Below, in pieces: positions 37,746 through 50,019 of a stretch of DNA of 64,000 nt (position 1 is its first letter; the number at the start of each line of letters is the position of its first letter). Position numbers and translations under genes: made by a program. The DNA is from Hemiscyllium ocellatum (taxonomy: Eukaryota), in NCBI RefSeq assembly GCF_020745735.1, contig NW_026867481.1, positions 475,291 through 539,290 of the forward strand, in the 5' to 3' direction. Below the pieces are notes generated by a model, which worked only from the letters and a program-made list of their open reading frames with translations, was not told the DNA's origin and searched no databases.

Positions 37746-39994
37746 GCAATGTCAGGTATGCTGTCAAATGGAATGTTGTTATTATGACGTGCCATGCTGC
37801 AGTCAATTCTGAGTCAGCATGATGTCTTTGTGATGATCCACGACAGGGAAGTGCACAGTCTTCTGCTATTGAGTGCGATCGGCCGAGGTGAGCTGTCCAG
37901 AACGTTGAGACAATAACGCACAACTTTGATCGAGTAAGATTGTTCAATAGGTTAATCCTCGTTTTGACCTTTACAAATGTTATCTTCAGATTTTCTAGTT
38001 ACAACAAGGGTTTAAATCAATTCCTGATCAGCATGATAATCTATTTTAATTCTCTCACGGGTTGGAGTTCTTGACCAACACTTGGCCCGACATAAAAAAA
38101 ATGGACCACTTTGGATGTGACCACTTTGGATTTAGGCCCAGCTGAAGTCAACGTGCAGCAGACAATGTGAACTCTTGCTGCAATTGATCTTGTATATGTT
38201 GGGCAAATGTAGACTCAATTACATTGTGCATATTCGTTGTACCAGATTTCATGAATGTCATCATGTGGGATTGTGCTGAACTAAACATGGTCATTATGAA
38301 TGCAATAGCATTGGGAAGTTGCTTTGGATAAAACAGGCCTAATTTGGGAAAATATGGCAATGTATCAATAAATACTAGGCTCGTGCGAAACTAATTACTT
38401 TGATGAACCTGTCAATAATTTTGGCGTAATCAATTACCTTGCTAGTTGTACTGACTCGAAGTCCCATTGTATGATCAAACAAACACAACAATTGCCAAGA
38501 GTGCGGACACTTTTTTTCTTCCAAGAATTTTATATCTTAATACTTCTTAAATATTATGAGGGTGTTGTAATCTTCCACATTTAAAACAGTGAGTTCAAGA
38601 TTCACATCACCTTCTGAGATATACTTTCCGTTCAAATCCTCCTAAAGCTTCTCACCCTTACCATATTGTAATATAATTTGGTTAATCATATGACCATCAA
38701 GGAGGAATGTTCAATCCTATCTACCCACATCAGTATTTGAGATCTTATGCCTTACTTAAACCACTTGACCACGTCTACAAGCCCCAACTCGAAGCAGTTG
38801 TACCGATATATTTCGACGTTTCTGATATTCATTTTTTTTCTGTGTTTTAAACTACTTTCTTTTTCATTGTTTCCCCCAGGATCTAGGAAATATTCATGTA
38901 TGCAGATATTAAAGCGATCTTGCTTCGAATAAAGCATGACAATATTTAAAGTCCAAGACCTCCAAGGATTTTCAGCAACGAATCGGTTGGAAATAACATG
39001 CAGAGGAATAATGTTACACTGACGCTGGATACTGTGATGGTGCCAGAAACAAATTTAATATGCTCCACAGGAAAACTGCAGATTGTGGGAATTCCGAATT
39101 AAAGTCAATCCCAAAATTAAGACTCCCTTAATTTCTTTTAGAGATGATCAATCAAAACTGAATGCAAATAAGCAGAGGAAAGGTGTTCCCTCGATGCACA
39201 AAAAACACCAACATTCAAGTGGACGGCTGAATGTGCCACGGACACTGATATTTCAAAAGCTAATGACAAGCCTTTGGACTCAAAAGTTAAATTTGCTTTC
39301 TCACCGCAGATGCATTCAGACCTGATCAGTTTGTATCGCAATATCTGGTTGTGCTTCAGATGAGTACATATTGCATGACACCCAAAAGCAATCAGTGAAT
39401 TAAAATTTCAGATTGCCCCTCCTGGAAGAGCAACTGTTTTCTGTCTGTTTTTCTGTTTTAAAAATAAAAGATGGACCCTTCGTTGTGGAGACAATGGATT
39501 GATTCCACCTATGCAGACGCATTCACGTCACCGGGAACCACCACTCCAATAATTGGGACCGTTCCTCTTCAAACCTTTCAATGTCAAGGCTCCAGCCAAG
39601 TTTTTGCACTGTCCCGAAGCTGAAATAAGATCTGAAATCCTGATGAATAGGAACGCGGATCATTTTAATGTATCTGATCAGTTCATGTCGCTGAAGCCAT
39701 CAGAGTCAATGACCAAGCCTCTTACAGAAAGGGAAGGTGCTATGACTGCCTCTGCTCCTTCAAAACCTGCATGTGTCCTGGGATGAGGAAATTTAGATCT
39801 GTGCAGAGATCCTCGATGCTACCATTGTTCTCTTTGGAGCAAGGTGAAACAAAGTTTTCTTGGAGTTGTTTGCAATGAGGGGTTTGGGAGCGGTGGGGCG
39901 GATGGCTTAGTGCAACAGTGGATTCAAAACTGTTTCCATTGACGAGTGTCAGATCGGCCAGTTGCCAGCGGAATGTTTTTGAAAGCATTTAACG

Positions 39995-40550
39995 ACAAAT
40001 AGGCTTGCATTTGTACAACATGAACATACAAAGTTTGTGAAGGTTTGTAGCATAGGTTGAGGTTTAGGGTGTAGGTTTGCTCGCTGAGCTGTTGGTTTGA
40101 TATCCAGACGTTTCATTACCTGGCTAGGTAGCATCGTCAGTGGCGACCTCCAAGTGAAGCGAAGCTGTTGTCTCCTGCTTTCTATTTATATGGTTGTCCT
40201 GGATGGGGTTCCTGGGGGTTTTGGTGATGTCATTTCTTGTTCGTTTTCTGAGAAAACGTGGGTGCGTTCAAAGGGATTTTCGGTTTTGTTTTCAGTGGTC
40301 ATTTTACCAGCACTAATCCATGTAAAAACCATAACTCTTGGAAACGGAGTCAGAAGCGTTCAAACCTGAGCAGGAAGCCGTGTTTTCTTTTAACATTGCC
40401 ATTACCCGCAACTATTGGCCATGACAACAACATTGCTGCGAATTCGGCAATGTTTATGCAGGCAAGGATTCTTTTCGGCTCGTCCTGTCCATACCATCGC
40501 CCGAACGTTGCCTGTCATCCTGCAATTGACCAGAAAAGAAGAAACTGAGG
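39995..40550 (-). mobile_element. Penelope-like fragment
   Basis: Terminal motif cactgacgatgctacctagccaggtaatgaaacgtctg on the minus strand; same family as 49730-49975. Confidence 0.6.
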
Positions 40551-41138
40551 GGATCTGTAATTAAGTAGTGTGAGAGAGAAAAAAGTAGATGGGAAGAATC
40601 CATTTCTGTGTACAGAGAAGTACGTAATCAAGGTGCAGGCTCGAGAAAGGAAAATGCCTTTGTATTTATCTAATGCCTTTCACCACAATCTGAATTCAAA
40701 ATGCTTCACCGCCAGTTCCTGCCGTTTGAAGTGAAATCGGATGCAAACTCTTCCAAATGACTATATTTCTCTCCCTGCAGACATGCGCAGACCATATGTG
40801 CATTTCCAGCATTTTATTTGCATAGATTTGAATTTAGACTTTCAGATATCTGGTCGGCTTTTCTCTGTTTGTCGGGTTGACATTGATTTCCAGAATGTTG
40901 TCGTCCAAACGTTCGCTTTAAATGTGACGTTTCTCAAATTTCTCCTATGTGGAGCTCAATGTTTGACTTGTTCCATTGAAATGAAAACGTCCTGGTATAT
41001 TCGCTGACCTCCTCCAGAAGTCACAATTACAACTATGGGATCTGTGGTTCAAACATTAAAACAAAAGCAAAAAAAGAGAATGCTGGTGAAACTCACTAGA
41101 TATATCCCCTTCTCCTGGTTGGGTAATGTAAGAAACTA

Positions 41139-41228
41139 GGGCTTGTCCGCGATTTGAACCCGGGATCTCTCACACGCCCACGCATCAGGAGGCCCGAAGC
41201 GAAAATCATACCGCTATACCAACGAGCC
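41139..41228 (-). tRNA. Intron-containing tRNA-Pro(CGG)-like gene, probably a pseudogene
   Basis: GGCTCGTTGGTATAGCGGTATGATTTTCGCTTCGGG|CCTCCTGATGCGTGGGCG|TGTGAGAGATCCCGGGTTCAAATCGCGGACAAGCCC; 72+18 nt; mismatches in acceptor and T stems; no T4 terminator. Confidence 0.8.
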
Positions 41229-41247
41229 ACATTAATGTAAGAAGCTA

Positions 41248-41337
41248 GGGCTTGTCCGTGATTTGAACCCGGGATCTCTCACACGCCCACGTATCAGGAG
41301 GCCCGAAGCGAGAATCATACCGCTAGACCAACGAGCT
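41248..41337 (-). tRNA. Second intron-containing tRNA-Pro(CGG)-like copy, probably a pseudogene
   Basis: Same structure, 109 bp period; intron CCTCCTGATACGTGGGCG at position 37/38. Confidence 0.8.
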
Positions 41338-42609
41338 CCGGAGAGTTAAACAGAATTGACGTTTCCAATAGAATTCAGAAATTCGAAAATCTTGATTTCA
41401 CGAATGTAGAATCACAATTTCTGGATCAGTAGGAAACAAGGAATCTCTCATTGTTTACAGAACTTTTCGGAATGCATGCAACTTGTGTTCACTCGAGTAA
41501 CTTAATCGTTTAAATAAAAACAAAACTGACGAGAAAATCTGGGAAATTATTTGATTTGAGGTTGAAAATGAAACATTTCATTTGGAAAAGGCAAATCAGT
41601 GCAGGATGTATACACTTAATGATTAGATCTTAGAGAGTGTTGCTGAATTTAGGGATCTTGGAGTGCAGATTCATAGTTCCGTGAATGTGGAGTCTTAGGT
41701 AGATAGGTCCGTAAAAAAAAGTGTTTAGTATATTTTCTTTTGCTGGTCAGAACATTGAATATAGGAGTTGAGAGGTCATGTTGCGGGGGTACAGGACATT
41801 ATTTCGATCACTTCTGATATATTTTGTGCAATTGTTATCTCCTCCCATTGGTGGAATGTTATGAAATTTGTGAGGGTGTCAGAAAAACGTATGCTTTAAA
41901 CGTGACGTTTCCCACATTTCTCCTATGCGGAGCTCGATGTTTGAATTGTTCTTTTGAAATGACAACCTCCTGGTATATTCGCTGACCTCATCTAGAAGTC
42001 GCCATTACAACGATGCAATGTGTGGTTTAAACGTTAAAACAAAAGCAAGGAAAGAGAATGCTGGTGAAACTCACTAGATATACACCCCTCTCCGGAGAGT
42101 TAAACAGAATTGATGTTTCCAGTCCGCTATTGAAAATCTTGAATTCACGAATGTAGAATCACAATTTCTGGTGCAGTAGGAAACAAGGAATCTCTCATTG
42201 TTTACAGAACTTTTCGGAGTGTATGCAACTTGTGTTCACTCGAGTAATTTAATCATTTAAAATCTGGGAAATTATTTGATTTGAGGTTGAAAATGAAACA
42301 TTTCATTTTGAAAAGGCAAATCAATGCAGGATGTATACACTTAATGGTAAGATCTTGGAGAGTGTTTCTGAATTAAGAGATCTTATAGTGCAAATTCATA
42401 GTTCCATGAATGTGGAGTCGTAGGTAGATAGGTCAGTAAAAAAGGTGTTTAGTGTATTTTCTTTTGATGGTCAGAAAATTGAATATAGGAGTTCAGAGGT
42501 CATGTTGCGGGGGTACAGAACATTAGTTCGACAGCTTGTGAAATATTTTGTGCAATTGTGATCTCCTCCCATTGGTGGAATGTTATGAAACTTGTGAGGG
42601 GTCAGAAAC

Positions 42610-43080
42610 CTTTTACGAAGATTTTTCCAGGAATGGAACATTTGAGCGAAAGACGAAGGCTGAACAGGCTGGGATTGTTTCCTGTGGAGAGTCGAAGTCT
42701 GAGGGGTATACTGACATAAGTTTATAAAATTATGAAAGACATGAATAGGGAAATAGACAAGGACATTTCCCTGTAGTGGGTGAGTCCAGAAAGTGACGGC
42801 ATGTGTTTCGATTGAAAAGGGAAGATTTAAAAGGGACCGAACAGGCAACGTTTTCACGCAGAAGGTGGTGCATGTATCGAATAAGGTGCCAGAGGAAGTG
42901 GTGTAGGATGGTACGATTACTGCTTTTAAAAGGCATCTGGATGGGTGTATGAATAGACAGAGTTGAGAAAGATGTGGGACAAGCGCTGAAAAATGGGGCG
43001 AGGTGGCTTCAGGATATCTGGTTGGTGTGGAAAATTGGTCTTAAGGGTCTGTTTCTGCGCTGTGCATCTCCATAATTCTA
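42610..43080 (+). mobile_element. CR1-type LINE 3' end
   Basis: ...gaagtctgaggggtatactgacataagtttataaaattatg...ggtctgtttctgcgctgtgcatctc. Confidence 0.75.
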
Positions 43081-44682
43081 CGAGCAACTGAGAAATCCGG
43101 CATTTTCTGTTATTATTTCTGGCACACAGTACCTGTAGCAGTTTAGTGATTTTTTTCTGACGAGAGAGAGCAGAGAGTTTGAAACTCCTCATGGCCTTAA
43201 GTCAACATTCGCAAATTGGGAAATGTTAGAGACCATTATTGAGCGAAAAACCAGCAAGACTTTAGAACATTTAATGCAGGCAAACTGAACTAACAAAAGG
43301 AGAAACGTCTTCACACAAGAAATTGAATTTGTTATCACAGAAAGTAGTCAAGTACAAAAAGGTGCATGATTTCAAGAAGGAGTTGGAAACCACATTTAAG
43401 GTGAAAATATCCAAAGAACATGAGAATAAAACAGGGATAGGCTGATGAATTGAATGATAAGACGTGATCAAAATAAATGGCAGACGAGACTGCATGGGCC
43501 GATTAGCCGACTCCTGCTCCTATTTCCCTTAGACTTTTGAGGATATTATATTCACAGCATGCCATTACGATGTCTCGTTGAATTTCAGCCTCGAGTGCAA
43601 GATAATTTGAGTGCAGAAATAACGAACTCTAGCTTCAATTGTCCACGAGTTTGATTGAACTGCATTAGGAATACCATACGTAATTTTGGTCTCCTGATCT
43701 TAAGAAAGATATTATTGCGATAGAGGACTTAAAAGGAACATTCAGCAAATTTGCTGCTGGAAATGTCTAACTGTACTTTGAAGGGTGAGTGTGAAATCTG
43801 GGCACGTATTCTTTACAGTTTCGAAAAGTGAAAAGTCATCAAGATCTCATTTAAAGGAATGGACAAAGTTGATGTATTTATGTTGTGGTTTTGGAATCTA
43901 TAACCAGGTGGCAGAATTTGAATCGAAGGGGAATTAAAATTTACTCAGAAGATTCTGAAAGTTTGCAATATTGCACCAGAGATGAACGACGCATCTTCCT
44001 GTTTGAATATGTTCAATGTTGATGCTGATCGATTTCTGATTACCAGTGATGTATGGCATTGAGGAATTGGCTCATTAAAGGCATTGCTTTAGTATGATAA
44101 TCATGAATGACAGGCAGGCTCAATGGTGGAATTGTCTGCTCTTCTTCCTATTGTGTTACCTTCCAACCAGGACACACATTCACAATATTCACTTAATTCA
44201 CTGGGTGCACACACAGTAGTATCATTGCACATATCCTGAAGATGCACTGCAACCAATAATTAAAACTGCAAAGAGTGCAACGTTCGATCTTACAAAATGG
44301 AAGAGCAAAACCTGCATGTACTTAGCAGTAGTCCCACATGTAATTTGATTTCCAAAGTATACATTATCTGAACTTAGAAGTAGGTCAGTGTTCCTTCATT
44401 GTCGCTGAGTCAAAACCGCTCTCTAAAAAAAGCGCGTGCAGCTACTGTGCAAAGAGTGCAAAGATTCAGAAAGATAGTTCTCTATAACATTTTCAATGCC
44501 AGCACGAGTAACAAAAGCAGACCAAACCACAAACGCCCCATCACAGAATCATTAAAATGAGAATTTCATTCACGTGCTAAAATTTGAATCCGAGAACACC
44601 TGGTCAACAGTATTTTCTTCTGACACAGACAAGAAAAGGGAATGTTGGAACAAAATTTATTGCATATTGTATTTTCGCCCTT

Positions 44683-45593
44683 TCACTGCTGAAATTTTTT
44701 AACAAATGGATAGATTGTATATTTCAGACCATCCTTTAACTCAGCTCTGAATTTAGCCTGCGTTCCTGTATAAATGAACGGATTGATGCATGAACTGAAT
44801 AACTGAAGCATCATTCCAGTTTCTTGAAGAATAAACGTGGAATTAATAAAATCAGAACCAGAGGAGTACGTTACATGTGAAATTCGGACATAGAGGATGG
44901 TTGAAAAATACAACGAGTATAAAAGGATAAAACTGCCTGAAATGGCAAAGAGTAATACCATGGACTTTCTTCGCTTTTTCATCTCTGGGTCACATTGACT
45001 TTGTTCATTGCCTTGAACTCGGAGTCTTTTGCGAGCTCTGTTTGCTATTATGATGTGCCTGACAGTAAGGGCGTTGAGGAGCAAAATGAACATGAATGGA
45101 AGGAAAGGCGTTAAAATAGAACGAATCCAATCATATGCAGTCCATGCAGGTGATGTATAATATATTTCTTTTATGGCACAAAACCAGGGAATATTGTCAA
45201 TTATGTACTTAGGTTCGAACATAAAATACATAAAGATATTTTTTACACAGGTCAGTGTAGAGATGATTATTATGACTCTTGCTGCCACCTTTTCGGTGCA
45301 ATAAATTGCTTTCAACTTCTGGCAAGAAATGGCTATAAACCGATCAAATGTGAAGGCAACAGTAAACCAGGCAGAACTGTCAATGGCAGCAAAATTTAAG
45401 GCAGAGCGAAAACTGCACACTGGTGTGATAGACAGGACACTAAGTGGGAAATAAAGTCCAGCAATCCGGTTTAATATTACTGCAGTGATCATGACGAGGA
45501 GATCGGTTACTGCCATGGACACCAGGTAATATATTATGCAACGGGACAGACCACATCCTTTTCGAGACAGGATCACAATCACTGCCAAGTTAG
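44683..45593 (-). CDS. Exon 2 of class A GPCR gene B; spliced product 326 aa, intact
   Basis: tattacag|CTAACTTG acceptor; MAVTDLL, DRF, PWFC, INPFIY motifs; 7 TM; no stops. Confidence 0.9.
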
Positions 45594-45979
45594 CTGTAAT
45601 AGACAGAGAACATCACAAGATTAAAATGATACTGGTGTGATTCTGAACAGAGTCGTTTAATTTTGCTGGATTTTGTTTCATATTTATACACATCAAACTA
45701 AAATCAAGCACCCCTACAGCTTGCAAACAGACATCAGGCCCAATGGGTCCAGAATGAAACACCAAAGAACACCTGACCCAGTACCATTCTTGTATCCTCT
45801 CCTTGTAATCATGTATTACCCAAAGCTAATGCACCTAACCAACACTGTGAGTAATTGAGAGTGGTCAACCCACCTGACTTGCATATCGTTGAACATAACA
45901 CCTTTAGATTTAAAGATATAATGCACCATTGTTCGATGTAAATTGTGACTTCGTAAAAGAAAGGTTGTTGAATGATTAT

Positions 45980-46202
45980 CGAGAAGAAAGTGAGGTCTGC
46001 AGATGCTGGAGATCAGAGCTGAAAATATGTTGCTGGAAAAGCCCAGCAGGTCAGGCAGCATCCAAGGAACAGGAGAATCGACGTTTCGGACGTTTCGGGC
46101 ATTAGCCCTTTCCTGAAGAAGGGCTTATGCCCCTGACGTCGATTCTACTGTTCCTTGGATGCTGCCTGACCTGCTGCGCTTTTCCAGCAACACATTTTCA
46201 AC
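45980..46202. mobile_element. Palindromic short element with 14-bp target-site duplication
   Basis: Long inverted repeat gaaaatatgttgctggaaaagc...gcttttccagcaacacattttc; TSD tgttgaatgattat at 45966-79 and 46203-16. Confidence 0.85.
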
Positions 46203-49200
46203 TGTTGAATGATTATGCAAAGTAGTCTTCATCATAATTACCTGCATTAAGAAGATAACTTTGCTAGAGAACTGGATTGCTCAAACAATTACTAAAGAAA
46301 ATTGGATACACATTCCGAACAACAAAAGAACATTTAATAATTTAGAAATCATTAAGGTGGGGGAGTTTTCTTAAATTGAGAAGAAAGGCTTACAAAGGGC
46401 AAGAAGAACAACTTCCTTTAATTCAATTTCCAGAAGGTTATTGTGTGATTTTAGAAAACTCAGTCGGAGCAGATTATGGTCTTCCACTCAGTATCCCTGA
46501 CTGAAGATGGAAATGCTTCAAATTGCATTTTTCTGAAAAACAAAATCCCCAAAGAGAGACGTAGAAGAGAGAAATATCGTCTTTCTCCAACTTCATGGAA
46601 GGAACTCAGTGGCAAATGCGACATCAGCAACTAGTAATCAACGAGACTGTTTGGTGCTTTGCAACACTATTGGAATTAACGTATGGAGTTGTTACATTTG
46701 GAGGATGCATTTCTCCAATGCAATAACTCCTTCATGGTTCAGTGCGACATTGGGCAAATGATCTGTCTTACCCTAAATTATATATTTAGAAGAAAAAGGT
46801 GCTGAACAGATCGAACTTTATTACTCATGGCATAGATTATAAGGGCATTGTCCTGAATTTTGGTTGGGTCATAGCTGGAGTACTGTGTGCTGTTCTGGTA
46901 ACAACAGCAAGATACAGGATATAGTAGGTATGGGAGGAGTTGTAGATATGGGATAAACAAGTTTTTGAAACAGCATATCTGGTGATAATCAGACATATTT
47001 TTGAAGAATCAGTAACAGTCGATGTGGAAATGGAGATAGAGTGATTGAAAAGAGGGGAAAAATACACTGTGCCTTATCAACTTGGAAATACTGCAAGCAT
47101 CCATTCTTTGTCAGCTGAGAAATGCTGATGCACTTTCGAAAACTCAGTGTTTAATATTACCTGAGGTTAACAGTAAACTCAGAGTTTAATAAATGAATCA
47201 AATATAATCAGTCATGTTTGATCAGTGACTGAAGTTTTTCAATACCTGAATATGTTTTGAGTGTTATTCCACTGCCGACTCTCACAATAATTCTACATAT
47301 ACACAGCGATCAAAATTTGAAAATACAAGCCGGTTATCAGAGTGAGTGACTTATTAGAAAGTCATTAACAAAATGATGGGTGCTTGGCAATTTAACATAT
47401 GTGCATTATTGATGCACAATAAGAGTACAATTTTGCCATTATATTTTTTGTTAATTTGCGCGCAGTCCACTTGAGAGAAACATCATTGAACTATTCTCTG
47501 GCTGTATTATCACAATATAATGCTAGTCTAACAATTAAACGAGTTTTAGCAATGTCAATAAGACATTGTGCTACAATGATGCAATGCGATGGTGACATAA
47601 CTTGGCAGAAATACATAACTAATTCAAATCAAATGTTTCGTGCTTTAGCAAAACATTACAGGCGTGAAGGGTTAACATGAGTGAAAAATGTAATGGAACA
47701 ATGATGGTATATGAACAAAATTGCATTGACAAATCTAAGACATTTCATTATAAATATAGAGAACTGCAAAATTAATAAAGATATGTAATGTTGAACATCA
47801 AAATGCCAGTAACTTGGTAAAACAAACAAGTGGTAACAGTCGAAGAGGACATTTTGCTGTTTTGCACACCATAGGGCAGTCCTTGTGGAGTTGAAAATCA
47901 AATAAGGAACTACGTACGTGCCAAACAGGCAGGAAGTGACAGATAGAGATAATTGATCCCGCAACCAATAGATCAGATTTAAGCAGGACGAGTTAGAACG
48001 TTCCCAGAATTCTATTTGGTCAATGAGATTTCAGAAACCACAGAAGATACCAGAGACTGCCAAAATTCCAATACCCGTGAACATTTGTATTCCAGAAAAT
48101 GCCACCACAAGATAAGATATTCCAACAGAAATACAGCACTGGCATGCAACCCGGAATGAGGAAAGCTGCCCAGGTCTGTTCTGTACGCAACAAGCAGTAC
48201 AAATCCAAACTGAACAACTTCTCCATCTCGTCTCAATCACTCAATAAGTTATAGAAAATGTGACCAACAGCACAATTAAAATGAATCTGTTAGTTCCAAC
48301 CATCCTTCTGATGCCCAGTTTGATTTACATCAGGCCCAAGCCAGCTCCTGGCCTTATTTAGCACTTGGTTAAAAAATAAGATCTAGTGTTGAGGTGCGAA
48401 TGACGGCCCTTGTCATTAAATTTTTAATGGTCGAAATGTTTCCGCGTGGAACTGTGCCACATTTGCATCAATATGCATTGAGAAAAAACTCAACCCTGGT
48501 TGGAATCATATTCGCACAAAGGAAGATAAAAGATATTCACATGATCTCTGGAATTATCTACAGATGTTTGTCTGCGTATTATCCTGAGTTCAAACATGTT
48601 TAGCGGCTTTAGAAATGGCATTCCCTTCATCGAAATGTGTGAATTGTTACAATTGCTTATAATTACTCATTACCTTTCAACATTGGCAATTTACCACGTG
48701 CTCAAGCAGACCAAATAAGCATATTTTGGTTTCAATCTAACACAAACAGCATTCGCACCTCACAAGCCTGGTAGACAATGACTAACTCGATCAACAGAAG
48801 CTTTAACTCTTGCTGATGAATGTTGCGTGGCATTAAAATTCAGCAATATCAATTTTATAGCGAATACCATCCTTCAGAAAATTAATTGAATTCACCATAT
48901 AAAGACTATGGCTACAAATGCTAATCAGCAACTGAGAATACTGCAGCGAGTAATTCACCGCCGGATCCCCAAAAGTTGTCCACTTTCTCGTATACTTAAT
49001 TCGTGCATGTGATAAGATACTCACCACAAGAATGGATGAGTACAAATCTGACAAAAACATCTAACGTCAAAACCACCCAGAAAGAACCATATTGCTTTCT
49101 TAATATCATATCCTCGAGAAAACAGTCCGTCGAAATTCATGGACAAAAGTTCGCACCATCGAAACATGGCATTGCAGAAATTCACCAGCAGTCCTTGGAT

Positions 49201-49360
49201 AACACCTTCCAAACCCACAAATACAGCCATCAGGAGACAAAGGGGAAAGAGATGCATGGACATTCCAGCACCTGATGTTAACCTCAAAGCTATGCACTGT
49301 CCTCACTTAGAAAGATAGCATCATCCTTTCACTGTCACTGACGAGAAATCAAAACTTTAC

Positions 49361-49430
49361 CTGGAACCCCAATTATTGCAATGGCAGGATAGTAAATTGC
49401 AAAGATCACACCTCTCGGTATTCCGTGCAT
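49361..49430 (-). CDS. Exon 1 of GPCR gene B
   Basis: MHGIPRGVIFAIYYPAIAIIGVP+G|gtaaag, phase 1; 3.77-kb intron. Confidence 0.85.
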
Positions 49431-49729
49431 CTTTCTCAGAGTTCCTGAGTGCACGCCACAATTCATTGAAGATGTAAGCGTATTTATTGCTGCTATCTTG
49501 CTCTTGGGACTTAATTAGTTGTTTCAATCATTTACATGCATGAAATGTTATTTGTGCAGATGATTATTCAGCTGCCTCAGATGGAGATAATGTTGTGATG
49601 CCATGTCCTGAGGTGAAGTCACTTCCTGTTCTTTTTCTCAGGGAATGGTAGGTGAGTTCCATCTCGATGTATTATGGGATCTATCACCAAACACATCGAG
49701 TTAGATGCCCATCTAACACCCCCTTAGAA

Positions 49730-49975
49730 AAAAGAACAGGACGTGACATCAGCACTGGAAATGACAACACCGCAGGAAATGACATCACCAACCAAAGAAA
49801 CCCAAATATAATAACTAAATGCAGGACTTATCAGCAGTGCTTCGTCTGAGACCCACTGTAGATTTTACCTAGTAGGGTGACGAAACGTCTGGAAATGAAC
49901 GTTCCAACTTAGGAGCAATCCTACATCCAAACCTCAACCTGAGCTAGAAATATGCTCAAAACTCGCTAACCTATA
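49730..49975 (+). mobile_element. Penelope-like terminal fragment
   Basis: gacatcacc...ctagtagggtgacgaaacgtctggaaatgaac...caacctgagct motif shared with 39995-40550. Confidence 0.55.
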
Positions 49976-50019
49976 AGTTATATACCCAGACCTTGAATAA
50001 GTTCTTGAAGGTTGTTTCA

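Larger units (their letters stand above)
40907..42610 (+). repeat. Tandem duplication (copy A ~40907-41885, copy B ~41886-42610)
   Basis: Colinear similarity through unique sequence and a CR1 fragment; copy A has an extra ~220 bp. Confidence 0.9.

Noticed and set aside
37434-37950. Minus-strand peptides faintly like GPCR ICL3/TM6 (SDMRKKSVNITLL)
   Set aside because: Spacing to the DRY-like motif is wrong and the similarity is too short.
48012-48240. Three overlapping hydrophobic ORFs in the GPCR B intron
   Set aside because: No recognisable family; open frames in all three phases point to composition.
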